A stretch of 64,000 nt of DNA, taken from Oopsacas minuta. Its lineage: Eukaryota > Animalia > Porifera. The position numbers were made by a program, and so were the translations under genes. Of this stretch, positions 42,301 to 55,300 are shown in pieces. The DNA lies in assembly GCA_024704765.1 (NCBI GenBank), contig JAKMXF010000299.1, forward strand, positions 62,001-126,000, given 5' to 3'. The notes under the pieces were generated by a model. That model made no database searches and was not told where the DNA came from. It saw nothing but the letters and a program-made list of their open reading frames with translations. Positions within the stretch are counted from its first letter, which is position 1. Every line of letters starts with the position of its first letter.

Positions 42301-45300
42301 TTTGTTACTTACTAAAATATCATCACCCCTCTCTTATAGTTGAGTTTGCTGCAATAGATGCTAGCTCCTTCTCTATCACTGACCCTACAGAATACACAAT
42401 AATAATAGAGGATAGCACTGGATATACAGATTCATTCTCATTCAATGTAACCCAGTGTAGCATTACTAGGAGACGAAGATCACCGGAAACTCGCTCTAAG
42501 AGAAATATTAAATCATTGCACTTTACTAAACTAACTACACTAGTATATATCCCTATATCATTCTCTCCTGGCTCTACACTACCCGTACAATCTTGTAGGA
42601 GCGAGCTAACACTACCTATCACATACTCTCTGCTACTAACTAACCACAGCGACTGGCCGTTTGCAATAGAGCCTGTATCAGCCGAAATACAAGTATCAAA
42701 CTCCCTGTATCGTCTCACATACCATCTGGTTATAGAGTGTATGAACTCCCTACATGATCAGATAGCTAGCTATGTCGTAATTGTCCTGGTCCAGAATGAA
42801 TATATCCCAATATTCAATAAGGTATGTAGATACATTTATTACATCAAATTTCATTGCTTACTCTGTGTATATTTGTTGTAGACTAAAACTAGCTACGAAT
42901 TTTTAGTGAAAGAGAACTCCGCTATCAATACAGTTGTTGGTGTTGTTCTAGCTGAAACACTTCGCATGCATACGGTGTCCTATCACGTTAATACTGTAGC
43001 ATTTGATGTTATGCAATACAGTGGAGTAAGTCATATGTCAGCTGTTTGTTGTAGTGTTGTTTATATTACATCTGTTTAGGGAGTAATACTCACCTCTGCT
43101 CTTGACTATGAGATTCAATCAAGCTATAGCTTTATAGTAACAGCTATTAATATCGATATACACTCTATACAGCCTAGCTCAATTACATCTGTCACTGTCA
43201 CTGTGACAGATGTCAATGACAATCCTCCAATATCTGTTGGAGACTTAACACTAGTGATATACATATCTAATCAACAGGACCATCCTATTGGACAAGTATT
43301 TGACCAGGTAAGGATATTTCAATACATAAACATATTTAATTCGTGTTATGTATAGGTATTCTGTACAGACGCAGACTCTCCTGAGACAAATCTAATCGAG
43401 TATTCATTAGAAACTCCACACCTAATATTTGATATCACAACCATAGAAGGATACATATACCTGTCCTCAAATGCTGAACTACTGACTCTAGAATATAGTA
43501 ATGTATTCATAACCAGATGTACTGATCAGGCTCATATACCTAACCCAGCATTTGACAGATCTGTTATCACAGTATCAACAAGGCTTCATTCTTCCATTAC
43601 ATGTCCTTTTGTGACTAGCTATAACCTCACATGGCCAGAAACAGAACCAAATACAACCGCACGAGTTTTATGTCCTGAAACATTGAAAAGTATATTTGAT
43701 ATTTATTTGTATTTACTATAGCTACACTTTATGTATTATGTATTGTAGTTGCTTCTCGTGTGTGTTCTTCCTCTGCTGAATGGATGTATCCTGATATGTC
43801 AGAGTGTGATACTCTCCACAACTTACCTACACCGATTATACCATTAATACCAGAGACAGACTGTTTTGATAGTTTCATAGCTCTCTATTTATCCAATATG
43901 CTTCTTATCAATATCAACTTAGCAGATACTTCTGTAAACAAGTTGCATCTAGCAGGAGACTTGAGTTAGTCATTTCTTACCATTATATTATCAGATTATA
44001 TCTATACTTGTGTATATTTACTTAGGATTAGCTGTTGAGTATTTCTTTACAGCTGACAGTCTATTGACTTGTTTGCCTCTCAACATAACAGCCTTACATC
44101 AAGTAGCAATAAGAATTTTAGGAGGAATTGATCTGTTAACACAGCCTCATTTCTCTGATGCGTGGTTAACCTTGGGATCATATTACCAGAGAATCGTATC
44201 TAGACAATTAGTATATACCCTGAATAGCTTGACTCATAAATTGACGTCACTCTATGCTGACAGTACTCAATTAATCCTATATAATTACCATCATTTTATT
44301 GGTAAGGCCTCTTTATATTATTCTCTATATTACCAAGTCTGTTATGAACTTCATTTCTTATAGCTAATGAACTGCATCCAGATCAAATCTCTACTATCCA
44401 TAGCCCATATTTATTTACCGATACCCTGCTAACATTCACCAGCTGTTATCTGCAAGCTATCTCTCAAGAACTAGGGCTATCTTACTTCAATGATACTGTA
44501 GCATATTTATTGCAATATCTACTACCTCATGAATCTATTTATGGTGTATTGAGGACAGGGGTAAGCACTAGTTATGTGGGGGTATACTCCAGTGGGTATA
44601 TTGATAATAATCCTAACTGTACTTTCAATATAAGCTTTACAACAAGACAAGGAACAGTGAGTTAATTTGAAATTCATTTTCTATCCCCGTATCTTATTTA
44701 CTTTTTCATAGGGGGATCATATCTGCGCTGTCTGGGAATTCGACTCAGCAGACGTGGGTCATTGGAATGCAGATATTTGTATGACATATTTAGGAGATAC
44801 AGAAGTTGTTTGTAGCTGTAGGGGTGTGGGAGTAGTTGGAGTGATTGGTACTACACCTCCAGTAAGTTTCCCACTAACATTTATTAATGAAAGTTTTATC
44901 CAAATACTCTTTGTTTTAGGCTGTGTATCCTGATTGCTTCCCTCTCGCTAATCTAGTGGCATTTATCCTATTTATTCTAAGCTCAATAACTATCTTACCG
45001 TGTGTGGTTATATCCATAGTCCTGCTAATAGTATTTTCTAGTAAAGAATACAAGAAACCATCTCTATATTTCAAACTACACACTCTGTCATTCTTGCTAC
45101 TAGCAGAGATTGTAAACTTTATTGGTATATTCGTGATACGTTATGATGAAGTGTGTGAGATTATAGCTATTATTACACACAATTTGTTTGTATTTGTATT
45201 TTTCTGGATTCTAATTCTGTCTTTCTTTCATTTGCTACAATTCCTATTTCCAAATAAAGAAGACATTCTCAATAAATTCTCACTAGCTCTATTCTTTATA

Positions 45301-46145
45301 GGATATGGTAAGTTACCATCATGATTACTAACAACATAGATGTTTATATTCCCCCTTTAGCTATCCCATTGTGTCTGGTGATAGTTTCACTGATAGACTC
45401 TACTGTATTCGGTATACTTGCCCCTCCAAACACATCTCAATGCAAGTATCTATACTGTTGGATATCTTCAGCTATTTTCCCTACATATCAGCTGATTAGT
45501 AGTGCTCTCCCATTAATAGTAAGTACTTGTACTTATCCATGCATTACTCATAGTTATATATGTTTGTATTAGTTTGCTCAGATTATATTGGCGGCGCCTC
45601 TCTTCCTACATTTCTTCATTCCTAAATCTGATACAGAGACTAAGAAACTTAAACGTTACAAAGTGAACACGAAGCTACAACTCTCTCATGTATACTGTGA
45701 AACTATCCCAGGCTATGCTCAAGTATTTATTTTAGGATTCCATTACGCATTTCTATCTAATGCTTATGAAGGCATTACATTTGGAATACTATCTTTCCTA
45801 TTCACAATTCTTACATCAGTCTTCCTACTGATCTATTACACGGGGTTGATTTCATTTGTAAGTAATGGTTAACCATACAAATATTCTATAGAAACTTCGA
45901 TGTTATTCGTTTAATGTGTGTAGTTAAGCAAGAAGAGCGCTAGACAGTCCTTAAGACCCAAACATTCAGCTACTAATTTCATAAATGCTGAGGACTATGA
46001 GACAAGACTTGTAAGCCGTCAGCACGAGCGAGTTAACTGGGCTTTCCTTAACGCACAAGAGGAGCGGTTTTACGAAGAAGGGCGTCAGCTGGGAGCACAC
46101 TTCAATATTGCTACACCTCTCTTTAATAACCTTTTACCAGATTGA
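27373..46145 (+). CDS. Giant multi-exon adhesion GPCR: roughly 25 or more cadherin repeats (by-eye estimate), HRM, GAIN/GPS and 7TM; true 5' end uncertain (possibly 24712)
   Basis: Repeated LDYE / DxND..P / CxDxD cadherin motifs, including the 2346-aa exon 34932-41872. HRM: CPFVTSYNLTWPETEPNTTARVLCP..ASRVCSSSAEWMYPDMSEC (about 43600-43810). GPS: ICAVW...HWNADIC...VCSC (44712-44861). Secretin-like 7TM at 44923-45858; stop TGA 46143-46145. Upstream exons 27373-27597 and 27668-27891 splice in frame to 33475. Confidence 0.8.
28152..28679 (-). CDS. GNAT-family N-acetyltransferase, bacterial-like, intronless
   Basis: IRAWQAKDR...GEFFVTERDGKIVATAAYY...VEIRKMYIVPEHRRDGLGRTLM (acetyl-CoA motif A)...VYVETISVLKEACKFYPSLGY. 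First ATG is at 28679. Confidence 0.85.
   Translation of the reverse strand: MAYSDRTPSTGLKSIYKEYVIRAWQAKDRDKVVELIEACLKPYGIALDTGEGGADEDALRVEEFYHKDDKGEFFVTERDGKIVATAAYYKIHRGPDSVEIRKMYIVPEHRRDGLGRTLMGVLETAIKSRGYRNVYVETISVLKEACKFYPSLGYKPVQDSPDTPRCDLLLHKFLV
28783..31523 (-). CDS. LZTR1: LZTR1 (Kelch repeats + two BTB-BACK domains), 7 exons: 31063-31523, 30675-30990, 30126-30615, 29906-30071, 29598-29824, 29195-29542, 28783-29136
   Basis: PARSKHTTV...[83 protein letters not shown]...AHVAIVAARSP, AHKCILAARCKYFEAMFRSFMP. Joined by short GT-AG introns. Confidence 0.92.
31791..32090 (-). CDS. CRIPT: CRIPT cysteine-rich PDZ-binding protein, intronless
   Basis: MVCEKCEKKLGKVATPDVWKDGARNT...ENKLLS...CRLCK...YCPACAYKKGICGMCG...YKQSTV (terminal PDZ-binding motif). 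Confidence 0.95.
   Translation of the reverse strand: MVCEKCEKKLGKVATPDVWKDGARNTVSSGKVKLGENKLLSGKKCRFSPYSVFRSCRLCKDQLHQSGYNYCPACAYKKGICGMCGVKILDTASYKQSTV
32376..33341 (-). CDS. PLP-dependent aminotransferase class IV (D-amino-acid aminotransferase / ADC-lyase / IlvE-like); one 54-nt intron at 32584-32637
   Basis: VLVNGELV...AISVWDLTVQRGDGFFD...LDLHFVRM...AMKWMSY (candidate PLP Lys)...DALL...VLEGPTFSI...ILPSITA...ADEVFTTSATR. The in-frame GTATGT...TTAG segment (YVSSCVINYSFYLIHTIR) interrupts the conserved domain. Confidence 0.85.
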   Translation of the reverse strand: MSASSPVLVNGELVDANTAAISVWDLTVQRGDGFFDIIYVDKNAEGKILLVGLDLHFVRMFRCAEQMLYKIEQSREQLEQWMRKIAELGGPGKIRMLFTRGMLEDNPGVDGSKFAPKSVIILWHPHTKYKIPGTLLPMEFPWSCYHSNTSGAMKWMSYGPNMLMTRMAVKEGYNDALLTSHDGHVLEGPTFSIIWLKNGEIFTSSVKQMKILPSITATIVMTILQNIGYKINIGKYVSSCVINYSFYLIHTIRYLLKEVLEADEVFTTSATRLLIPVEKIGDRKYSIEQGMKLREIVSKGILERENWISQLTSPYDFPLNS

Positions 46146-46304
46146 AGATTTATTTTACTACTTGTATTCCCTACTTTACTAACTTTTTTATTTTTGCATT
46201 TGTTAAAAATTATGTAATTTCTGTTTGATACAATATTCGATTCTTTTGACTTATATTCTATGTGTAATTACCCTTGTAATTGTAGTTCATTAAAATAGCA
46301 AGTA

Positions 46305-49300
46305 ATGGATGAGGGAGGAGATCTTTCCAATCCTATGGTGTATGACTTCAACACAGGACCTTGGATGACAGAGGAAGCAGCAGAAGACCACACTAGCTTC
46401 CATTCCTTTCAGAGATCTACAACTCCACCTGAGTACAGAACTGAGAATACGGAAACAAAACTGACAGGTAGTTAATACTATTACTATTAGCATTAGTATT
46501 ATATTTATGTTCCTAGATATCAGTGTTGTAGATGAAGGTACATCCCAATCAGAAACTGAGACTGATATGCCTGAAGATAATTCGAGTGTATTAGCTCCTG
46601 ATAACCATCATTCAAGTCAGGAATGTAGTCAACAACTAGCTGAACTTCGAGATAAGGCTTTAGAAACTTGTGAGAATTCCTCGCGAATACAAGATACACA
46701 TTACGAATCAGCAGAAGATCTATCATCAAGAGCTTTGCCTGACAACTCTAATGATGTTCAGGAATTTTCACAACAAATACATGAACATTCTGACGAGTCA
46801 GCTGACAATGGCAGCAACCCTTCATCAACTCAGGAATCACATGACTACACTAGTGATACTCAAGAATTACCTCAGAAATTAGGTCAACATCCTGACGAGC
46901 CAATTTACAGTTCATCTCCATCTCAGGACTCACATAACAATCCTCCTGGTATTAAGGAATCTCCCCAGCATTTAGCTGAACATTCTGACGAGTCAGCTGA
47001 TAATGGCAGCAACCATTCTTCATCAATTCAGGAATCACATGACTACACTAGTGATACTCAGGAATTACCTCAGAAATTAGGTCAACATCCTGACGAGCCA
47101 ATTTACAGTGCACCAACAACTCAGGACTCACATAACAACCTTCTTGATTCACTGGGTTCCCAGCAATTACCTGACTCTCCTTCACCAGCTGAAGAGCCAC
47201 AACACAGCTCTATTGATTCTCAGGAATCTCCGAAACGAATACACGAGCATTCTGACGAGTTAGATGACAATAATAACTATTTTATACCAGCTCAGGACTC
47301 ACATGACAACGCAGATAATGTTCAGGAATGTCCACAGCAATCAACTGAACATCCTGATGAGTCAGCTGAAATTAGAGCTTCTTCTCCACCAGCTCAAGAG
47401 TCACCTGACATATCCCATATTCAAGAATGCTTCCAGCAATTAAAATCTCCTGCACCAATACCAACCCAAGAGTTGCTTAACAACTCATCTGTTATACAGG
47501 AATGTTCAGAAAGATTAAACCAATTACCCTATACCCTCTCAAGCCATGACAAACAATTTGCAGACGACTCTAAAAGAGGAAATTCTCCTCAGGGGGTGGT
47601 ACCAAATAGCCCTCCCTCTAATCAACTGCTTGGTGGAGAACCTATGGAGGAACACAGGGTACAGCCAAAAAGCGGATGCGATCTCCCTGAAGCTATGGAT
47701 AGCGAAATTACTGATAATATAATAGAAGAACAGTCCAATAGCAATATACCTCAAGCTCACTTAGAAATAGAGAAATTAGATAATATCAAAGTAGAAAACA
47801 TTCCATCTATCCCAGAACAAATTGAACCTGAATTAACTAATCGCGGAAATTCAGAAGAACCACTCACAACAGGTAGATAATTATTCCTAATATTGAATTA
47901 CATAATTAATTTGTTCATAATTAATGTATTTATTAGAACAAATTCATCAACAACCCTCTGAAACACGAGAGCATGAACAAGAGCAACCTTTAAACTCCAC
48001 CATAGAGAGTCAACAACAACATATTCCCATTACGAAAGAACCTACTCCATCAGAACTATTGGCTCCTGCTCCACAGACCGCTAGCTCTCTGGAGATAATG
48101 CAAGAACAGATGAGTAATGAGGAATACAGGTGCTGGAAAGATGTGCTAGATAATCCTGAGGACTTTGATACTTGGGTTAAACTATTAGCGCTAGCAGAAA
48201 AGCATGTAAGCTATTGTGGATACAGCACTATAATGTTAGTTTATTCAATTACTAACCTATCTATATCTTAGGAGAATATAATTGTGATTAGAGAGATATT
48301 TGATCGGTTCTTAAAGCTGTATCCTTACTGCTACGGTTATTGGAGGAAATTCTCAGATCTAGTACTACACCTCCAAGGATGGGTTACAGCACAACAAGTA
48401 AATAATAATATAACGCATTTGTTTATTAGTATACTAAGATAGTAATAATATTAAATTAAAATACTACATTCTAAAGCACACTCGATACAAAGCTATAATC
48501 TTAAATATATTCGGAGTTATCGCGCGGTTCTTCATCGTAATAATAGCTATCAAAATAATCATCATAATAGTCTCTGTAATCAGTAGCTCCCTCCTCTGGA
48601 TAATAATCAGGCTCTTCTGGGATATAATTAGGGGTAGCGATAGTATTTTCCTGGCTAGGAATTAGTTCCCAAGGGACCTCAAGCTCAATTACTTCCGCCT
48701 GAAAATCAACATGTGCAGGCAATGCGATGTTAATCAAGAGTGTGAAAACAATTAAGCCTTTCCAAAACATTATAAAATCCGTTTTCGTATGTGATAATCT
48801 ACTCCAATAGAATTCCCTTATCCTTTATTGTGCGAATTCTATTTAAGCCTGATTTATTGCCTCAGTTTTCTTTAGGTCATTAGCGTTCTCGTTAATGTGT
48901 GTGCATATTAAGATATCCTATCAAAATTCGAAGCCCTCCACTCGTTACGTTATCTAGAAATACAATTTCTTCTTTGTATACTTTCAAAATTCTTTGTTCA
49001 TTACAAATACTTGTAGTGACATTACGTTACTACGCTCCTGGCTTCTAGTTGTTTCTTGTGACATTGTAACTTCATAGAAGGTAGCTAATCTGTTTAATAC
49101 CTACCTTACACCCTTACGTAATATTACTGAACGATTACTTGACAGTTTAACGAACTGATTATTTATTGTTTATTTAGGTGATTTTCATATTTTGTAGTTG
49201 TACTCATATTCAAAACAAAAGAGTAGAATATTGTTAAACTTTCCCCCACATTATACCAATCACAGCTCTTTAGACTTTATAATTACCTCAACGGAATTTG

Positions 49301-52300
49301 AGTAAATTGCATTATGTAAACTCCTGTCGTATCATGCTGCTTGAACTTGATACCCTTCAGTTCCTATTCATGAATTAACACTCCCTGATATATCTCAATA
49401 TATCATGTGAATAGTTTAAAATTATTTATAATATAATTTACGTATTTGTGTATAGATTTTGGAGATAGCAGTATACTCAATCCCTCTAAGTATAGACCTG
49501 TGGATACACTATGGAAATCTTAGTATTAAACAAGGGCTAGATTACAGTACGATAGCTGCGTAAGTTTTGAATTTATCCTAATATCCATGGTATAATATAT
49601 ATTATTCTGTCTGTTAGTTTGTATGATAGAAGTTTGGTGATAGCAGGGTATGAATTCAGATCAGATCTTCTTTGGGAAGCAGCCATATATTACCAAGAAA
49701 CTCAGGGTCAGTTAATTAAAGTATTCAATCTTTTAAGACAACTTATCGCAACCCCCACACAGCACTACAAGAAACATTTTCATAGGTGAGTTGCACATTT
49801 TTTTCGTGATATTTTGCATTTGTAAAGCGCTTTATTATTTACAGATAATTCTTTGGTCATCTTTACTCATTGAATTCTAAGCTGTTTAAGAGCTTTGCTC
49901 ATTCTCATCTCTTTAATATATTATGAATAAATAAATAATTAACTCTTAACTCCTTGTTACAGCTGTAAATGTTTCATGTTTCGTTGTATGGACCAATTTG
50001 TGGATTTTTCCAGATTAATTGCTTATTGACTTCGCTGTTAAATGCGAAATTTCGCACATATTTTGGAATTATTAATTGTAATTTGAAGTCCTTCCAGCAG
50101 ATGATTACACGGACCGAAATCTTTATCTGTTCTAATATTTCAACTTGTAATCATTCTATAGAGCATACGTTATTGCACCTGATGGTTTAGTTGTTAATTT
50201 TCAATTCTGTCCTTATTAAAGAGTGTTCTAATATACCAAATAACCAAACTTGACATGACACTATTTCACTTCAGATATGAAACTTATCTCTCCACGCATT
50301 CAACACGCAACCTCTTAAGCGTAGAAGAATTCACTTCTCTTGGAGAACAAATACAGTCAAGTCAACTTGCAAATGAAGTAATTGCATTTATATTATACAT
50401 ATTTTGTATTACGTTATATAAATATTTACTTCATCCTACCTAATCGTGTTACTAATTAATTTATCAATAGCTTTTCTACCAAAATTACAAATTGTACAAA
50501 TATTATCAGACATAGCATTGGGTTATATTCTGCCTATTAAGTTTTGTCTACTCGAATATATTATCCTTCTCTATGAGGATCTAAATGCTAATTATGTGTT
50601 TGGGAGTATTTTCCCTTAAGAATTAATAATTAGATTCGCTGAGTTGTAATTTAAGAAATGTACTTTTTCTTCGTTAAACTGTTCTACAGTAAATTGCTCA
50701 ACTCTTGTTTGTTGTTTTTTTATTCAATTACTTTGTTTACGAGTAATCTAATATGATTACGTGGATTGTGGAAGTGGAAATTATGATTTTTATGTCAGAT
50801 AATTCTGGAAGTATTCTACACAAACAAGACTAGTTTATATGATGAAATATTGTATACATGTAGTTAACAATGGTAGAAACTAGAAATATCACTTACACAG
50901 ATTATTTACAATATATCTGTCCAGGGGTTCAGATAGCTAGCTGCATTCCTTGCAACCACGAGCACTTTTTATCTCAATGGATAAAATGTTTATCTGATGC
51001 TTAGATTATTTTACAAAGATAGCGTATGTGTTCGCATAAATCAGCAAGAAACTCATCTCTATTTGTCTTAATTATTTCCCAAAGTAATCCCCCACCTGTT
51101 TTATCTTTATTACAAATATTGCTTCATCATTATTATTATATTTTCGCTCTAGGGAAATTCTAGTTTGGAAGAGAAGGTGAGAGATAGTCTGCTGGATCAG
51201 GGCAGACAGATCCACGCAGGTACAGAAGAAGAGATTAACCTTAGAATACCATACGAGGAGAAGGTACTTAATGCGTATAATGTATATCCTTTGAATTGTA
51301 GTGAGATATACTTTATTCTTGCTCCCTCACCGGCTTCCTAACAGAACTTTATACTGTTTTGTTTGTGCGAAACCTTTTTCGTTTTTTACCATAGTTACGA
51401 CCTGGCTAGATAGAAATTTGAGAGATCTATATTCGCCTTTTCACAAAATCACTATGTTTGTCAATTATCCTAAAACATACATTTGTTATCTCAGAAACCC
51501 CTACAATAGTTATATTCAATTTTACCTATAAACAATTTGTTTATAATATCTTTGGGACATATAGGATGGTCTTACATTGGTAATTCCTAATTATTGTGTC
51601 TATATTTCTATTAATAATAATTTTAATGAATTGAATTAGCATTTATGTTTGTTAATATTTCGTGAAAATGTCCTTACAAACTGGCAAAATGCAATAATTA
51701 TTGCAACCATCCTCTTTCAGTGTTCATATTTCAAACAACTAATATTTTAAAAATTACATTGAAATTCACTGATGTGAATCATCTAAATATGTATAAACTA
51801 ATTAACAATCAATCATGAATGGCTATCATAATTCAAAATTTGTATATTTATGTCACAAGGAAATGGAACGTGCTTTAACTAGATTTTCCTATAATAATGG
51901 GTTATAAAATTTTCAGCAGATCTTTGGAAGAAACATTTCAAATTCACCCCCCCCCCCGATCTCGTGATACCATATATTCATTTAGTGGTTTGGAACAAGT
52001 TCATAAAGTTGTTTAATTGTGTTTATTTGTTGTTCTTGTTCTTGTTGTTTGATTGTATAGCACAATTATTGAAATTGTTGAAGTAGACAAGTAATTTTGG
52101 TTTAGGTTACATTATACGTTTACCTTTTGTTAATTTATAGATCAAAAGGCCTTATTTTCATGTTCAACCTCTAGAAGAAACGCAACTGCAGACATGGAGA
52201 TCGTATCTGGATTTTGAGATATCTAGGAAATACAAAGACAGGATTGTATTTCTATTTGAACGGTGTATGATTGTGTGTGCACTCTATGAAGAGATGTGGA

Positions 52301-55300
52301 TAAAGGTAAGGGGGGGTGTAGTATATTTATATTCAGTCATGTTACTGAGAATTTAATTCTACTGTTTGATAGGATTTGCTTACAGTTTAAAAAGATATAT
52401 TATATTACTCTAATCCATAAGCCTCCCCCATATTTATTCATGATTATTCAATATACTAAAACGTAATGTGAAAATGCTTAGTAGCACCGTCATATACTCA
52501 AGGATGTGTAGTCAGAAAATATGCTTACTGTCCCTATTGGGACACTCCTCTAAATCTCCTCTTTCTATTGAATAAATGCATTATAATTTAGTATGCCAAG
52601 TTTCTCGGAGTAGAACATTGTCAGGAAGCAAGAGCTGTATTCCAGAGAGGAGCTTGCTATATTCCTAAAAGCATACCGATTCATTTGGAATGGAGCTTGT
52701 TTGAAGAGAATCTGTCCCAATTGAACGGAGCACGCGAATTATTACAAAGTATCGACCAAAAGGTAAATACCTTCTTTTACTGGTATCCATATTTAATTAT
52801 ACCCACACAGGTACCTGGATTAATAGAGATAAAATCACATTATATATCTTTTGAATTACGTCACGGGAATAAAGATAGAGTAGATGAGATGTATAAAGAA
52901 GTGCTGCAACAATCTCAGAAGCAATTCCAGAAGTGTCCATCACAAGCTGAAGATCGTAGACTGCTCCACGATACATACAACTACTGGGCTGCTAAGTATG
53001 CCTTCTTCTTATCACGGGTGAGTGTTTATTGTTTATAGGAATCTTTTTGGTAATTTCTTTATGAATCAGAATACGTGTGTATTGATCGTAGCCTGACTTA
53101 TACCATACTTGAAGTTTTGATTCTTATTCTTAGCACGCTTCAATTGATTCCTTTTCAAAGCTAAGCTCGTTTGATTGGTGTCTGTTACCATTCTCTCTTC
53201 TAGCAATATTCTAGTTTAATTGATTTTTTAGCTCATAGCTCGAATCCACTTCTTAGAATCCATGAATGCGAAATCTAACAACCAGTTAGCGATAAGATTA
53301 TATCGGGAGACATTTCACCAAGATGGAAGCTATATTGCAAGTATGTTTCCTATCTTTCTCCCTTTTCAATGGTATCTCATCTTCCTCACGGAGACAGGAG
53401 AGAATTTATTTTATCTCTTTAGGAAAGAACTACAACTTACAATGCTTATAGCATTATCGAGTCTGTATGGTATTTGGTCGGTTTAACTTCATTTTTAGTG
53501 TACGTAATCATTTTGAATTGGATGAGTTTCCAATAAGTTTAAAATATGAAGAGAGGTCGTTTCGGGCGTTCAGTATTTCGTATTTCTGTGATTTCTCTCA
53601 ATTATATTTCTGTTCTATTTGTGTATTATAGCATCGTAGTGAACATCCTGCTGGGAAGAAAATAATATCAGAAGCAATTGAGAAAGACAAGGTTAGTTCA
53701 TGTTGTGTGACAATCCCTGGTCCTTCCTGTTTGTTTTCTAATGTTATATTTCCTATTTATCTTATGACAAAAAACATTACATAATAGTTAATTGTATTTA
53801 ATTACACGGAATAATAGACATAATACACTACAACAAATTCAATTAGTTTTTTTCTTAGAATAATTCCACGCTGTATTTCCATCTCGTCGATCTTGAACTA
53901 CACCAACAGCCTTTGGATAAAGATAAGGTAATGTCAGTCCTAAATAAAGCTATACACGCCCCACTGCCTCAAGAAGTAAAGGAAATATTCTCTCTGCGTA
54001 AATTCAATTGGTCACAAGCAATGGGTATTCAATTAGACTACAAAATGTAGGTTTTGCTAACATTTTCATGTTTTTCTCTTCCACTTTCACCCTTGAAGGT
54101 GTACGATAACCTTAATCAACAATGATGTTAGTATATTTACAACAGATTTCTATATATTTCTATGATTATCAATTCTCCCCTCAGTGTTAGTTCGCCAGGA
54201 AATATAAGTTTGAGAAGCTTAGCATTCTATGGACACAGCCATAAATGTGCTTTTGTGGTGTTTATTTAGAACTGATTTGGTCGTTGTTATCGTAAACAAC
54301 TAAGTCATATCGTACAATCATTGATCCTTCATTTATTGATTAATAATTAGGCGAAATGTTAACATCAGAATAATTTCTGGATATATAGTTTGACAAAGTA
54401 ATCGCGATAATTATATGTTTATAGACGTCACTTGGCTGTAAAGTTTACATTGACATCCCGTTTTCTAGACTGAATATTAATCCACGTATGATCAGCTATA
54501 GTTATAACACCCGCTACATCATATTATGCTATATTTAGCCTCGTATCCATCTCGTTAATTTACTTATTACATTTATTAATTTCCTTCTTAATTATAATTA
54601 CTTCATTAGAGCTAATTAATTAAAATCAGATTTTGGAATTATTGCGAGAATATCTTGCAAGTCAATAATTGACAGTATTCATGAGGTAATATTGGATAAT
54701 AATTGTATACAGTTTCTATACCACAAGATTAATGTCATTATTACACCGAATATCGCTCAAGTGTTACATAACCTACGTTCGTAGCTGACATCATGTAATG
54801 AGATTCAATTCAGGGTATATGTATCGGTTATCACAGTGTTTAACGCAATTAGTGTCACCATTTTCACTAGAAATATCACCAGCGTGCTATAATATTATTA
54901 TGCTAACTATTGACTATTTGAGTTCAATATAGTCTTGGAGATTATTGTGTAGAGCGTGGGGTAGATTATGTATCCCTCCTGCTACTCTGCTCTATTTCAA
55001 AATACTCAATTGGATAGAAATATAATTTATTCATATCAACAAATTGTTATCTCCAGTTTGATCTCTCTCGTCTGATTCAGACTGTACTTTATACCACACA
55101 CTTTCAAATTTCAATTATCTTACTCTTCGTTAAGAAACATTTCTATGTGTGTATATAATTACATTTTCCGTTAGTGTGTGAATTGATTACTGATTTGTAG
55201 CATTTTAAGAGAATAAACAACTAATTACATCGTAATATCCTCGTTAGATTTAATATTTAAATATACATGAATGATTTTATACGAAATTTGTCGCCAAATG

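Noticed and set aside
35096-42718. Multiple minus-strand ORFs of 60-130 aa within the cadherin array, including 42323-42718
   Set aside because: Antisense shadows of long coding exons; 42340-42821 is accounted for by a + strand exon.
33475-46145. Calling the cadherin-GPCR CELSR/Flamingo or Fat
   Set aside because: No EGF or LamG motifs were seen and there are far more cadherin repeats than in CELSR; the 7TM excludes Fat. No gene symbol assigned.
46783-47420. Direct repeats considered as a CRISPR-like or satellite array
   Set aside because: In-frame coding repeats with conserved rather than unique intervening sequence, in a eukaryotic context with no cas genes.
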